NCBI RefSeq assembly: GCF_001194135.2 | Contig: NC_068997.1 | Span: 9,271,493-9,335,492, forward strand | Length of the DNA: 64,000 bases | Origin: Octopus bimaculoides | Lineage: Eukaryota | Direction: 5' to 3' | In this document: positions 51,472 to 64,000 of the stretch, one piece after another | How positions within the stretch are numbered: position 1 is the first letter of the stretch | How the letters are laid out: each line of letters begins with the position of its first letter | The notes under the pieces: model-generated | The model's input: the letters and a program-made list of their open reading frames with translations, nothing else | What the model was told of the DNA's origin: nothing | The model's database searches: none | Made by a program: the position numbers and the translations under genes

Positions 51472-53089
51472 ATTGCAGAGGGCAATTGCCTCTAGGTACC
51501 ACAGTGAAGAAGAGGTGCAAAGTTTCTTCTGGTCTATTATCCCTGTTAATTAAAGCACAATAATCTCTGGGCTTGTTGTTGTTGTTGTTTGCTTGTTTTC
51601 ACTTTTTTCATAAGACATTTGCTGGTGGGAAGTTGACAAAATCTTAAATGCATTGGATAAAATGTTTAGTGGCATCTCTTCCAGTTCTTCACATTCTGTG
51701 TTCAAATTAAGCCAAGGTCAACTTTACCTTTCTTCCTTTTGGGCATTGGTAAAATAAAGTACCAATCAAATACTGGAGCCAATATCCAAATATATATTTC
51801 TTTATTGCCCACATAGATGAGACAAACAAGGACAGACAAAGGGATTAAGTCGATTATATCAACCCCAGTGTGTAACTGGTACTTATTTAATTGACCCTGA
51901 AAGGATGAAAGGCAAAGTCGACCTCAGCAGAATTTGAACTCAGAACGTAACAGCAGACGAAATACCGCTAAGCATTTTGACTGGCGTGCTCACGCTTCTG
52001 ACAGCTTGACGCCTTTATCCAAATATAATCAACTAACAACCTTCCCACAACTAACAACCTTCCCACAAAATTGTTGAACCTGTGCCAAAATTTGAAACAA
52101 TATTTTCTGTCGTTTCATCCTAAGAATTACTTGTCTCAGCCATACAAACTGACCTTTTGTTAGGTTAGCAGACTTAAATATATTTGTTGTATGTAATTTT
52201 TCATAGATTTTCAAATACTTGTTGTTGTCTTATCCTTGCCACCATTCACCGGCACCCCGAAGAGAACAATCCCATTGATAATGTACTGAAATTATCCTTC
52301 ATCTTCAGTCAACAGCTGACGAGAAGGAATGGTTTCATGTCTGCATCTTGTCTGGTGCATTTTACCAGTTGACTGTGCTTCACTTTTTCATCTGTTAATT
52401 AAAGTTAATTAAGTGATGCCAACAGTATCTTCGCTCGCACCTCACCCCACCATCAGCAATAGGAATCATCATTATGCTGTGGGGAAACAACAGTCTAAAG
52501 TTATTCTACTGACAAACCCAAAACCCACACAAGCACTAGCACAAGATAGCCAAATGCTTGAGGTGTCTATTAGTATTTACAACAGTCTAACTACACTAAC
52601 AAGCAACTCTACAGAATCAGCATGAACTACTCTATCTCTGATCTCCAAGCCACCTTCTAATGGGTTATGCTCTCCTCTTTCAAATGCAGCAATCAATTTT
52701 TAAAAAATAAACAACTATACAATGGTGGGATTTTAGCTACCCTTGGTTTTAACATGGCTTTCTATTCAACTTCTGACATTATAGTGAAGAGTAAGGGTTT
52801 CATTGCTAATTGACCCTTCCCCTTCATGCCAAACCACTCTGTTCTGAATGTATGGTTGGTGGTGTTTACAATGACATCAGAGTTACAGAAAGTGGCTTAG
52901 GAAGTGTCATGCCACCATAGAAAGCAGTTGGTGTCCATACTACTTTCTATAATATAACATGATTTGGGGAAAAGATATTTTATTCAAACAATTACATCTT
53001 GTATAACTGAAAGAGCCACATCACTTGAATACTATGGAACACTGAACGAACCACAAACACACAAACACACCTGTGTACACACGCGCGCG

Positions 53090-53125
<36 letters not shown>

Positions 53126-53980
53126 AATAGAGATATGTATATACAGATATAGACACATACATACACACAAAAGGAAAGGTGAAAATAGAAGGGAAATAAT
53201 GCTAAAGAAATAAACAAATGAAAGTGTATAAAATGTAAGGAGTGAAAAAAAAAAAAAAAAATACGATAAAGATAATAGACAGAGAGAGGGGAGGGGAGGG
53301 GAGGAATGTGGATAAAATGTATCTTTGACATGCTGAGAAGCCAAAGAAAAGAAAATTTCTTTTGAAATTCAAAATAAAAGCTTCTCCAATTCAGAGTAAC
53401 TCAAGTAAAGTCAGGTTTCCTGATATTAAGATTGAGTCTTGTAAAACTGATAAAAGAAGGTTTGATACATGCAAGGACATTATCACAATCGAGAGAAAAA
53501 TAAAAATGTAAACTTAATACATGGACAATCTTAAATGTCTAATAGTATTAGAGAGATATTGTAAGCTATGACAGGGAAACGTTTGACTTAATACATAATA
53601 TTAACACTGTGCTTACTCATGGCTGTCTCAAAAGTTCAAATGTTAAGAATCACACAGATACATGCACACATACAGTGAGGTTCAAATTCGCTTCGCATTT
53701 CCTCTCTCACACTTGTGGCAATGAAATAAGAACCAGTAATATCCTAGGGTTTTTGCTTGATTTAGTTATATGCTCGGCCTCACATCTATCGAAAACATAT
53801 TCTTTAGCCAATTGCCATTAAAATCAACATCAAATGCTAATATTATTGATAATGCATAACTTCATTATTGAAATTTTTAACATACTGGTTTCCAGAGTGA
53901 GAGCTAAAACTACTACTACTACTACTACTACTAGTGCTGGTGCTGACAACAATGGGGATATTAGAACTGTTGCTGTTGTT

Positions 53981-54012
<32 letters not shown>

Positions 54013-55030
54013 CACGGGCTTCTTTCAGTTTCATTCCACCAAATCCACTCACAAGGCTTTCGTCAGCCTGAGGCTATAGTAGAAGACACCTGCCCAAGGT
54101 GCCACACAGAGAGAATGAACCCGGAACCAAGTGGTTGGTAAGCAAGCTACTTACCACAGTCACGCCTGCACCTATATATACATATACTTGAGATATATAT
54201 ATATATATATATGTACCTGTAATATAAGGAGGATTTGCCTGCAAGAGTCTTGTGCCAGGTGCACGTAAAAAGCACTTGTGCTAGTGCCATGTAAAAGCGC
54301 TTGTGTAGTGCCATGTTAAAAGCACCCAGCACACACTGTGAAGGGCATCCAGCTGTAGGAACCATGCCAAATCAGACTGGAAGCTGGTGCAGCTCTCCAG
54401 CTCCAAGCTGCCAAACCTCTGCCAGCATGAAAAGCTGGCGTTAAAGGATGATGATGATGATATATGTACATACATACATATATGTATATAAATAACAGGC
54501 ACTCGTATATATTGGGCAATAGAATGGATATATTGTTACTATTAATAAAGAAAAAACAATATTCTATTATCATAACAGCCAATTTAGCAATCAGCTTCAT
54601 GCCAGAAATTGAGGAAAACCTTGGCAATCATCAGAAAAGGCTGAAAGGAATGGTGTGGCATGGGCTCTTTTGTCAATGGAGGTCTGAAATATGTCACATC
54701 CTGTTTGCTGGCATTATGGTTGCTGTAAAAAAACAACATGTTTCTACTTCATTGGAGTTATGCCCCTTGTGTTGGCAACAAAAAGGGCGACCACAATATA
54801 AGGGGTATGTGCCTGTAAGGTAAGGTTCAGGTTGGAATAAAGGTGAGGTAGGGTACAGATTCAGGGGATGTGGAGTTGAAGATGGTGGGGGAGGCCTCTG
54901 TGTGTGAGAATGTTCCATTTTTTATAACATACAGGAGTGAGTCGGGATATTGCATCGAAATGTTCATAGGTCATTAAACAAGTTTTTATGATGGATTGCG
55001 TTATAGCTCTTATTTAAATTGATATATATA

Positions 55031-55087
<57 letters not shown>

Positions 55088-55371
55088 NNNNNNNNNNNNN
55101 NNNNNNNNNNNNNNNNNNNNNNNNNNNNNNNNNNNNNNNNNNNNNNNNNNNNNNNNNNNNNNNNNNNNNNNNNNNNNNNNNNNNNNNNNNNNNNNNNNNN
55201 NNNNNNNNNNNNNNNNNNNNNNNNNNNNNNNNNNNNNNNNNNNNNNNNNNNNNNNNNNNNNNNNNNNNNNNNNNNNNNNNNNNNNNNNNNNNNNNNNNNN
55301 NNNNNNNNNNNNNNNNNNNNNNNNNNNNNNNNNNNNNNNNNNNNNNNNNNNNNNNNNNNNNNNNNNNNNNN

Positions 55372-55404
<33 letters not shown>

Positions 55405-56058
55405 GATATATATATATACATATAGATACATATGTGTACACACACACACATACACAGAGCTCAAGTGACAGTGGTTTGAGAAGCATTTTGAAAGCGCCAC
55501 TATAGCTAAAACTACAGGAATCACTCTCAATATAAGTAGCAAACAAAAGCTTTCTATCATGTAATGAAATAGATAAATCAAGTTATTTTATCCTTGTCAC
55601 CACAGCAACCCTCTTTCTTTGTACAGTTCTCACCTTTTACCAAAATGTTGCATTTATTTATTTATTTCTGTGCTTAAATATCAAATTTATCCTATGTCAA
55701 ACACTTGCAACAATTACAAAGATGGGAGCATTCTTGCTGATCATGTGACCAACCTTTAACATACTTATTCATATAAATGCTTCAGCAAACCACCGTTTAT
55801 TACAAGTTGTCAGTTTAAAACGTTTTCAGTTAGAATATTTTGTTCCCAAAACCTTTTAGATTGCACAACTCCACCACCACCACCACCACTAACAACAACA
55901 ACAACACCACCATCCAATGGTGTGCAATGTGTCATTCAGATCTGCAGCTACCCTGTGTAAATAAAATGGTTTTTGCGCAAAAAAAAAAAAGGATTTGTGT
56001 TACTCTTGTTTCTGTAAAAAATTTAGATAGAAATAAATTGAATGAGAATGTGTGAGGC

Positions 56059-56097
<39 letters not shown>

Positions 56098-56124
56098 TGT
56101 GTGTGTGAAATATATATAGATATA

Positions 56125-56530
56125 GGCACAGGCAAGGCTGTGTTGTAAGAAGCTTGGTTCCCAACCACATGGTTCCAGGTTCAGTACCACTGCGTAGCAC
56201 GTTGGGCAAGTGTCTTCTGCTAAAGCCCCAGGCTGATCAAAGCCTTGTAAGCAGATTTGGTAGACAGAAACTGAAAGAAGCCCATCATACATATGTGTGT
56301 GTGTGTGTGTGTCTTTGTTTCTATATTTGTCCCACGACACTGCTTCACAACCAGTGTTAGTGTGCTTACATCCCGGTAACTTAGCAATTTAGCAAAAGTG
56401 ACTGATAGAATAAGTAGCACACTTCAACCCCCCCCCAAAAAAAAAACATGGTTTTTTACTAAAATTTGATTGATTAAAATTCTTCAAGGTAGTGCCCTAG
56501 TATGGCCACGGTCAAAAGACTAAAATAAAT
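56125..56530 (+). mobile_element. SINE family A copy
   Basis: Homologous to 3151-3590. Confidence 0.75.
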
Positions 56531-56893
56531 ATAAGACAGAAGATAATGGATCTTGCACCAGTTTGAATGAATCAGTGTTTTAGAAGTTCAATCAATAGAA
56601 CTACCTTATAATATTAACTGGCTGAGTATACCAAAATCTATTATACAATTAATGAAATTAATCTCTGGACAGAGTTGGTAAATCTTTGCAAGTGACAAGT
56701 CTGGGACTTGGAATTACCTGTACAACCCATCCAATGGATTTCCACAATATTTCAATCTGCCTCATTTCACTTCCAAAGGATTGAGTCAACACAAGAGTAG
56801 AAGACATGCCAGAGGTGTTACGTAGCAAATATGGAATCTCACTGGGTGAAAAACCTAAACATCTTAACTACTTAGCCATGTGTTCATATCAGC

Positions 56894-56934
<41 letters not shown>

Positions 56935-56935
56935 T

Positions 56936-56990
<55 letters not shown>

Positions 56991-57029
56991 CACACACACG
57001 CGCGCTGATATATGCTAGTATGAGCTCAA

Positions 57030-57126
57030 GGTGTGTGGCACCTTGGGCAAGTATCTTTTATTATAGCCTTGAGCTGACCAAAGCCTTATGAGTGGATTTG
57101 GTAGATGAAGACTGAAAGAAGCTCAT

Positions 57127-57194
<68 letters not shown>

Positions 57195-57355
57195 CCCCAC
57201 CACTGTTTGACATCCAATGTTGGTTTGTTTACATACTCGTAACTTAGTGGCTCGACAAAAGAGATCACTGGGGTAATTCATTTAACTAGAAACTTCTCAA
57301 GGCAGTGCCCCAGCATGGCCGCAGTCTAATGGCTGAAACAAGTGAGAAATAAAAG
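57030..57355 (+). mobile_element. SINE family A copy, 5' truncated
   Basis: Body and tail homology, with an expanded internal (TG)n. Confidence 0.7.
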
Positions 57356-58489
57356 ATTAAGATATATAATGTGCATGTGTATTTGTGTGTATATATGCTC
57401 TCAGTCTCCCTCTCTAGCAGCCTTTAGCCATCCACCCTTCCTGATCTTACCACCGCTGCCGCCATCACCACCACTGCCGCCATCACCACCACTCTCTTCT
57501 CTTCACCTTGTACCTCCACGGTATTATCTGACACCGCATTACCACCATCTTTCTCTCCCTCCCCATTTTCACCTGCTATATTCTCACCTACCCATATATT
57601 ATACTGGCTAGTCATATATCTCCTTGACAGCAACAAACCTGTTCCTGTCCCTTCTATCATATTTTAGCCTCTCAACACGTAGGATAAAACTGCCCCCTTC
57701 ACTTCTATATTCTCACCTAGACAAGGAGGCTTTTTTTAATGTTTTACATGACCATCTCACTAGAACTGGTGCCACAAGAAAAGCGTTTTTCAATTCAAAC
57801 CTCTAATAATAGTTTTATTAATTCAAAATGTGATAAAGAATCTCACTTTCCAACCATCATCATAATCATCGTTTAACGTCCGTTTTCCATGCCGGCTTGG
57901 ATTGGATGGTCTGACTGGGGACTGGCAAGCCAGGAGGCTGCACTGGCAATGTTTATGATTTGAAATTCACTACCTTTGTATGGCACCTTGAGTTAGTGTC
58001 TTTTCCCATAGCCCTTGGTTGATAAAATCCTTGTGAGTAGATCTAGTAGATAGATAGCAACTACAATAAATGACTGTTATATGTATAAACGTGTGTCTAC
58101 GTATACATGTGTGAAAACGTAGGTGTGTGTGTGTGTGTGTGTGTGTTTCTTTACATTTGTACTTGTCTGTGAAACCATTCCGCTATGAGCAGTTTCATTC
58201 CTGTCAATAGGGTGTCTGCTGGCTTTGTACCTTTGAAGATATGTGGAACAAGATATCCATTACTAGAAAAATAAGCAAGGATTAGTGAGAGGAAAGGCAT
58301 CCCACTGTAATGAAAATACTTCAATACTATATTCGTCTAATCCATGACAGCATGACGAAACAGATGTAGAAACAAATAAATTTATATAAATCTTTAATCA
58401 TGATTTCTCATTTTTATTTGATTTAAATCAAGCAAGGAATTCATCCTCACCAATAGACTACAGCCAGTCACTTTACTGCATCTGTACAT

Positions 58490-58810
58490 GAGCACCATAG
58501 CATTGGAGGCAATGACCTACCAACCTAACTTTAAGAGTCAGATTCAATTCTTAGGCCTGTCATGAGCAATAGGGGTCATATGGCCAGAGTTTAATCCTGT
58601 TTCAATGGCACAACACCACTTCACCCTTAATGGGATGCTAGTCCATCACAGGGTTAACTTCCCAGCTACTAGCGGAACTCATTTACAACTGAAAGGATTG
58701 CAGCAATATGAAATGAAGGGTTTTGCTCAAGAACACAAAACACCACTTGATTCAAGAATCAAAACGATGATCATAGGTTTGTGAGTAAAACACCCTTACC
58801 ACTAGGCCAT
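58490..58810 (-). mobile_element. tRNA-headed SINE with a conserved-domain-like core
   Basis: Head CATGGCCTAGTGGTAAGGG on the minus strand. Core GGGATGCTAGTCCATCACAGGGTT. Related pieces at ~60560-60765(+) and ~28590-28820(+). Confidence 0.55.
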
Positions 58811-59206
58811 GTACCTTCACAGGTTCCATTCCTGGTCATTGCTACTTCACTTATTCTGCTGATGCCTTTCACATGTAGAATGTCAACAGAACTTGCAGTA
58901 CTCACTCACTGACAGATACTCCTGGTGAGAAAGGACTATCAAATTGCTTTCTTATTGTACAAATGTATGAGATAAACAAATAGCTTTACTTTTACAGACC
59001 CTGGATGGTTGAAAGGTAAAGACAAAACCAATGGAATTTGAACTCAGAATGCTGATACAAGTGATAAACAAACAATATAAATGTGGGGTCAGAATATGAA
59101 TGACTAATGTTTGTGAAATGCTACTCTAAAGTTAATGCTATACCCTGATATTTTTGTTTTTGTTCTCATCCTTTTAAAGCGTAGGACTTATATATGTATG
59201 TGTAGG

Positions 59207-59585
59207 GGCAGGCGTGGTTCTGTGGTAAGAAGCTTGTTTCTCAACCACATGATTCAGGGTTCAGTCCCACTGCGTGACACCTTAGGCAAGTGTCTTGTAT
59301 ATAGCCTTGAGTAAGCGGATTTGGTAGATGGAAACTGAAAGAAGCCTATGTTATATGTGTGTGTGTGTGTGTGTGTGTGCATGCGTGTGTCTGTTTTCCT
59401 CCCTCTCTCACTGCTTGACAACCAGTGCTGGTGGGCTTATATCCCCATAGTTTGGCAAAAGAGACCAACAGAATAAGTATTAGGCTTTTAAAAGATAAGT
59501 ACTGGGGTTGATACATTCAACTAAAAAATTCTTCAAGGTGGTGCTCCAGCATGGCTGCAGTCTAAAGACTGAAACAAGTATAAGA
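59207..59585 (+). mobile_element. SINE family A copy
   Basis: Homologous to 3151-3590. Confidence 0.75.
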
Positions 59586-59589
59586 CAGC

Positions 59590-59641
<52 letters not shown>

Positions 59642-60446
59642 NNNNNNNNNNNNNNNNNNNNNNNNNNNNNNNNNNNNNNNNNNNNNNNNNNNNNNNNNNN
59701 NNNNNNNNNNNNNNNNNNNNNNNNNNNNNNNNNNNNNNNNNNNNNNNNNNNNNNNNNNNNNNNNNNNNNNNNNNNNNNNNNNNNNNNNNNNNNNNNNNNN
59801 NNNNNNNNNNNNNNNNNNNNNNNNNNNNNNNNNNNNNNNNNNNNNNNNNNNNNNNNNNNNNNNNNNNNNNNNNNNNNNNNNNNNNNNNNNNNNNNNNNNN
59901 NNNNNNNNNNNNNNNNNNNNNNNNNNNNNNNNNNNNNNNNNNNNNNNNNNNNNNNNNNNNNNNNNNNNNNNNNNNNNNNNNNNNNNNNNNNNNNNNNNNN
60001 NNNNNNNNNNNNNNNNNNNNNNNNNNNNNNNNNNNNNNNNNNNNNNNNNNNNNNNNNNNNNNNNNNNNNNNNNNNNNNNNNNNNNNNNNNNNNNNNNNNN
60101 NNNNNNNNNNNNNNNNNNNNNNNNNNNNNNNNNNNNNNNNNNNNNNNNNNNNNNNNNNNNNNNNNNNNNNNNNNNNNNNNNNNNNNNNNNNNNNNNNNNN
60201 NNNNNNNNNNNNNNNNNNNNNNNNNNNNNNNNNNNNNNNNNNNNNNNNNNNNNNNNNNNNNNNNNNNNNNNNNNNNNNNNNNNNNNNNNNNNNNNNNNNN
60301 NNNNNNNNNNNNNNNNNNNNNNNNNNNNNNNNNNNNNNNNNNNNNNAAAAAGGACTGGGCTGATGTTTTGGACCATCAAATTAAGTGGTAAGAAAAAAGA
60401 CTGGGGTGAATTCTTGAAGTGTGTGTGTGTGTGTGTGTGTGTGTAT

Positions 60447-60523
<77 letters not shown>

Positions 60524-61537
60524 ATATGTATATATGTATGTATATATGTAGTAGAGAAACATGGCTTAGTGGTTAGAGTGTTGCACTAATGATTGTAGGA
60601 TTGTGGTTTCAATTCCTGAACTGGGCAACGTGGTGTGTCCTCGAGCAAAACATTTCAATCCTGCGATGGACCCCGCGTCCCATTCAGGTGGGGAATGTAT
60701 ATGCCAGAGAATCCAGGAAACCAGCCTTATGAGACCAGGGTTCATGAAGGACCTGTGATCCCTGCATTTGTATATATGTATGCATACATATATGTATTGT
60801 ATGTATGCATGTATACATGTATGTTCATGGTATGTATGCGTCTATGTATGTTCTATGTATCTATGCATTATTTGTTTATTAATATTCAGATATCTTTGTT
60901 TTACAGAATTTTAAATATTAAAACTACTTTTTTGTATCATTAGTACAGAAGTATTATTTGGCTGTCAATAAAGGATTGAAAAGATACAGGACTAATTTTT
61001 GGAAGAGAGAAGATCATTATAGATGCTAATCACTACAACATATTAACACAAGAAGTTATTTTCTGAACAGTGATGGGTCAAAACACAAACTCCAAGAGCC
61101 ACTAAACAGAACAAAACTAAAACCTGTATGAAGTATGATAACCCAATTGTTATAGCCATCTGTGTGGTTATGAAATTAACTTTGCAACTACATGGTTTTA
61201 AGTTCCATCCTACTATGTGGAACCTTGGGCAAGTGTCGTTACAGCCTTTGACTAAACAAAAACTTGTGAATGAAATTTGAAAGCCATAAACTGTATGTCA
61301 CATGTGTATGTGTATGCATTTGTTTCCATGAGTCTTCACACTGACATCAATTCAGCAATGGTACATTTGCTTACAATTCCATAAACTAGATGTCTTTTAT
61401 CTTGGTGATGTCTGTAGTTTCATGTACAGACCAATGGAATGGAACTACCAATGGTTGATGGCATAAAAGGTATATGGGCATATTGGATGCAACCCAATTT
61501 CATCAATGCATATTCAAGAAAAACAGTTTCTACTACA

Positions 61538-61765
61538 TTAACCTTTTAGCATCCAGAATATTCTGTCAAATGTAATACTTTTACATTCATATTGTTTTTA
61601 ATTAACCATGTGTTATTTTGTAGCTCCAAAATTTTGATCATGTAATTATATATTTTTAGAATGGCATTGGAGAGTAGGCATGATAGGCTGGATCTGGCTG
61701 GTTAGAATAATAAACAGGTAGCACAATTGGGCCACATATGGCTGGTTTAAATGCTAAAGAATTAA
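61538..61765. mobile_element. piggyBac-like MITE (uninterrupted copy)
   Basis: TTAA CCTTTTAGCAT ... ATGCTAAAGAA TTAA. Reverse-complement homologue of the elements at 29673-30487. Confidence 0.65.
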
Positions 61766-62923
61766 AACATATAATATATGTTCAACTTTGCATACAGACA
61801 CCAAGGTGATTTCTTGAAATATATATATATATTTTTTGAAAATAACACATCTTATATGTTATTGATTAAGTACTATACTTAAAAAAAAAACAAGGGTTGG
61901 GAACAGGGAAAGTAACCAGCTGTAGAATATTACATCACTAAGTCTCTTCTTACCCATGCCAGATACATATAGAGCAACATGGCCACCAAACTGATGTTAT
62001 CCAAATTCCAATGAAAGAGCCTTATTCCTGGGTTGTTATAAAGCTCTTTCTATATTGGTGAGAAATTTAAAAAATAAAAGAGAGTATACATACATATATG
62101 TCTACAGAGACATATACATACATTTAGTCACTATACACACACACACACTTGCACATATATATATTTTTACATATACAAATACACACACACACACACACAT
62201 AATTATATATATATATATATATATATATAACCATCCATATACACACATAAACACATGCATGAGTGTATGTGTATGCAGAGACTTTCTCCAAGAAACAGAA
62301 GGAAAGGAGGGTAATAAAGATAATAGCAATAAAATGTAATTATTTACAATTACAAGTGAATAAGAATTATAAAATATATAAAAGATCTAAGAAATATTTC
62401 TATGGCAACCAAGATTTAATAGCTGACACAGTAAAAAAAATTACAGAAAATTATAAACAGAAATAAATTCCAAAGACCCCCCCCCCCCACAACCAACCTA
62501 TAAACACCCTACCAACCTTCCCACCTCAAATAATAAAAGTAAAGTTACTTTAAATCTACCATATAGACTTTTACATATATACATATATACAATATATATA
62601 TATATCTACACTTTTGATTTCTGTAACTACTTCAGAATTTCTTTAGAAATCTATCAACAGAATGCAACAAAAAATTTAAAAAGCCCAAAAATAAATAAAT
62701 AAAATAATTTTAAAATAATGAAATATTTAAAAGCTTTGACCATTCTGCACAATAAAAACAACAATAACATAAACTATAAAAGAAAAATTGCATCTAACAT
62801 ACTATCCATATATTTTTTATTAACTTTTTTCCTTTTAATGAGCAGGAGTTATGTGCCCTTTAGCTGCTGGCTGTTACAATGTTTTTAGCATTGTGTCAAG
62901 GTAAAGTATTATTACTATTATTA

Positions 62924-62960
<37 letters not shown>

Positions 62961-63276
62961 CATTATTATTATTATTATTATTATGTTGGCAACATTGTCT
63001 TGTAAGAAAATAGAACAATATAAGGTGCTTGAGATAACTTCATATTTCTTGAAGTAGCTGGCATGGACTGTATAAACAGAAAACACAGCGGTACTCAGAG
63101 TCAGGATTCTTCCTTTCACACCACCACCGCCATACATATCACCACTAATAACATTTACATATACTTACTTGCACAGACCTACACACACACACACACACAC
63201 GCACATGCATGTATATACAAAGTCAAAAGATATACACTAGGGTAGATGTAGATACACAAATACAATATATACATAC

Positions 63277-63329
<53 letters not shown>

Positions 63330-64000
63330 CATTCAAACGCAACCACAAATTTAAACAGAAAATACAGTAACATTCAAAGATTAAAATACTTTACACACTC
63401 AATCATAGATACATATGCATACTCATAGTACATATATACAAATGCACACACTTACATATACATGCAAGACATACATATATGTATGCATAAATACATACAC
63501 ATGCAAGACATACATATTCACAGACAGACAGATATATGTGAGATGTACATATTCACAAAACTGCAGATATCTACACAGAGATAGAGACATATTCCCAGAG
63601 GTAGCCCAAAACACATTCACATACACAGTCATAAACAGGACTTGTTGCACGCACGCACACGCACACACACACACACACACACACAGCAGGAGTTATTCTA
63701 CACGTACACACAACATTTAAACCATACTGAATCATGAGAAATACAGAAAGAAAACATGCCTTCATGAAGTCTATAAAAACAAATGCCTGAAAAATATTAT
63801 TGAAAAATTCTTTGTTAACCAAGCAATATCCAGATAACGGCTCTTAGATTTTACCAGGTTTCTTCAGCAATGTTTTTACGACTCTTATTTATTTATTTAT
63901 TCATTCTTTCTTCCTCTATTCCACCCCCTCTGCCCTCCCTACCCACCCCACCTCCCACATACATCATCACTTCTTTGCAGAAATTCCTACATGTTTAGTG

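Noticed and set aside
52031-52066. Perfect 18-bp tandem duplication AACTAACAACCTTCCCAC
   Set aside because: Ordinary slippage duplication with no further structure.
54464-54823. 119-aa + strand ORF
   Set aside because: It starts in a microsatellite or family C tail and has no recognisable domain or splice structure.

Overview
AT-rich, microsatellite-dense metazoan genomic DNA with N-gaps. The SINE families and (TA)n/(CA)n/(TAA)n density suggest an octopus genome, possibly O. bimaculoides (inference). The only protein-coding gene I can support is a minus-strand MBD5/6 (Drosophila sba)-like gene, of which three phase-compatible coding exons are visible: a 4,734-nt low-complexity exon (15666-10933) carrying the MBD5 'LxQILN..FPASxLLSAAAxAQL' motif, and two exons (7192-7032, 2998-2886) encoding a PWWP domain. 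I could not find the MBD-domain exons or the last exon; they may lie outside the window or in gaps. Everything else is intronic or intergenic: several tRNA-headed SINE families, (GAT)n-tailed retroelement ends, R4/Dong-like LINE 3' ends in (TAA)n arrays, piggyBac- and mariner-like MITEs, and many microsatellites. Nearly all short ORFs in the supplied track are microsatellite or repeat artefacts. Most interesting observations: an in-frame cryptic acceptor that would remove the WFG strand of the PWWP domain; a near-perfect ~127-bp-arm hairpin within a cluster of four fold-back elements (33-35.3 kb); a decayed Penelope-type hammerhead ribozyme; and a (TAA)n array used by two retroelement systems in opposite polarity.
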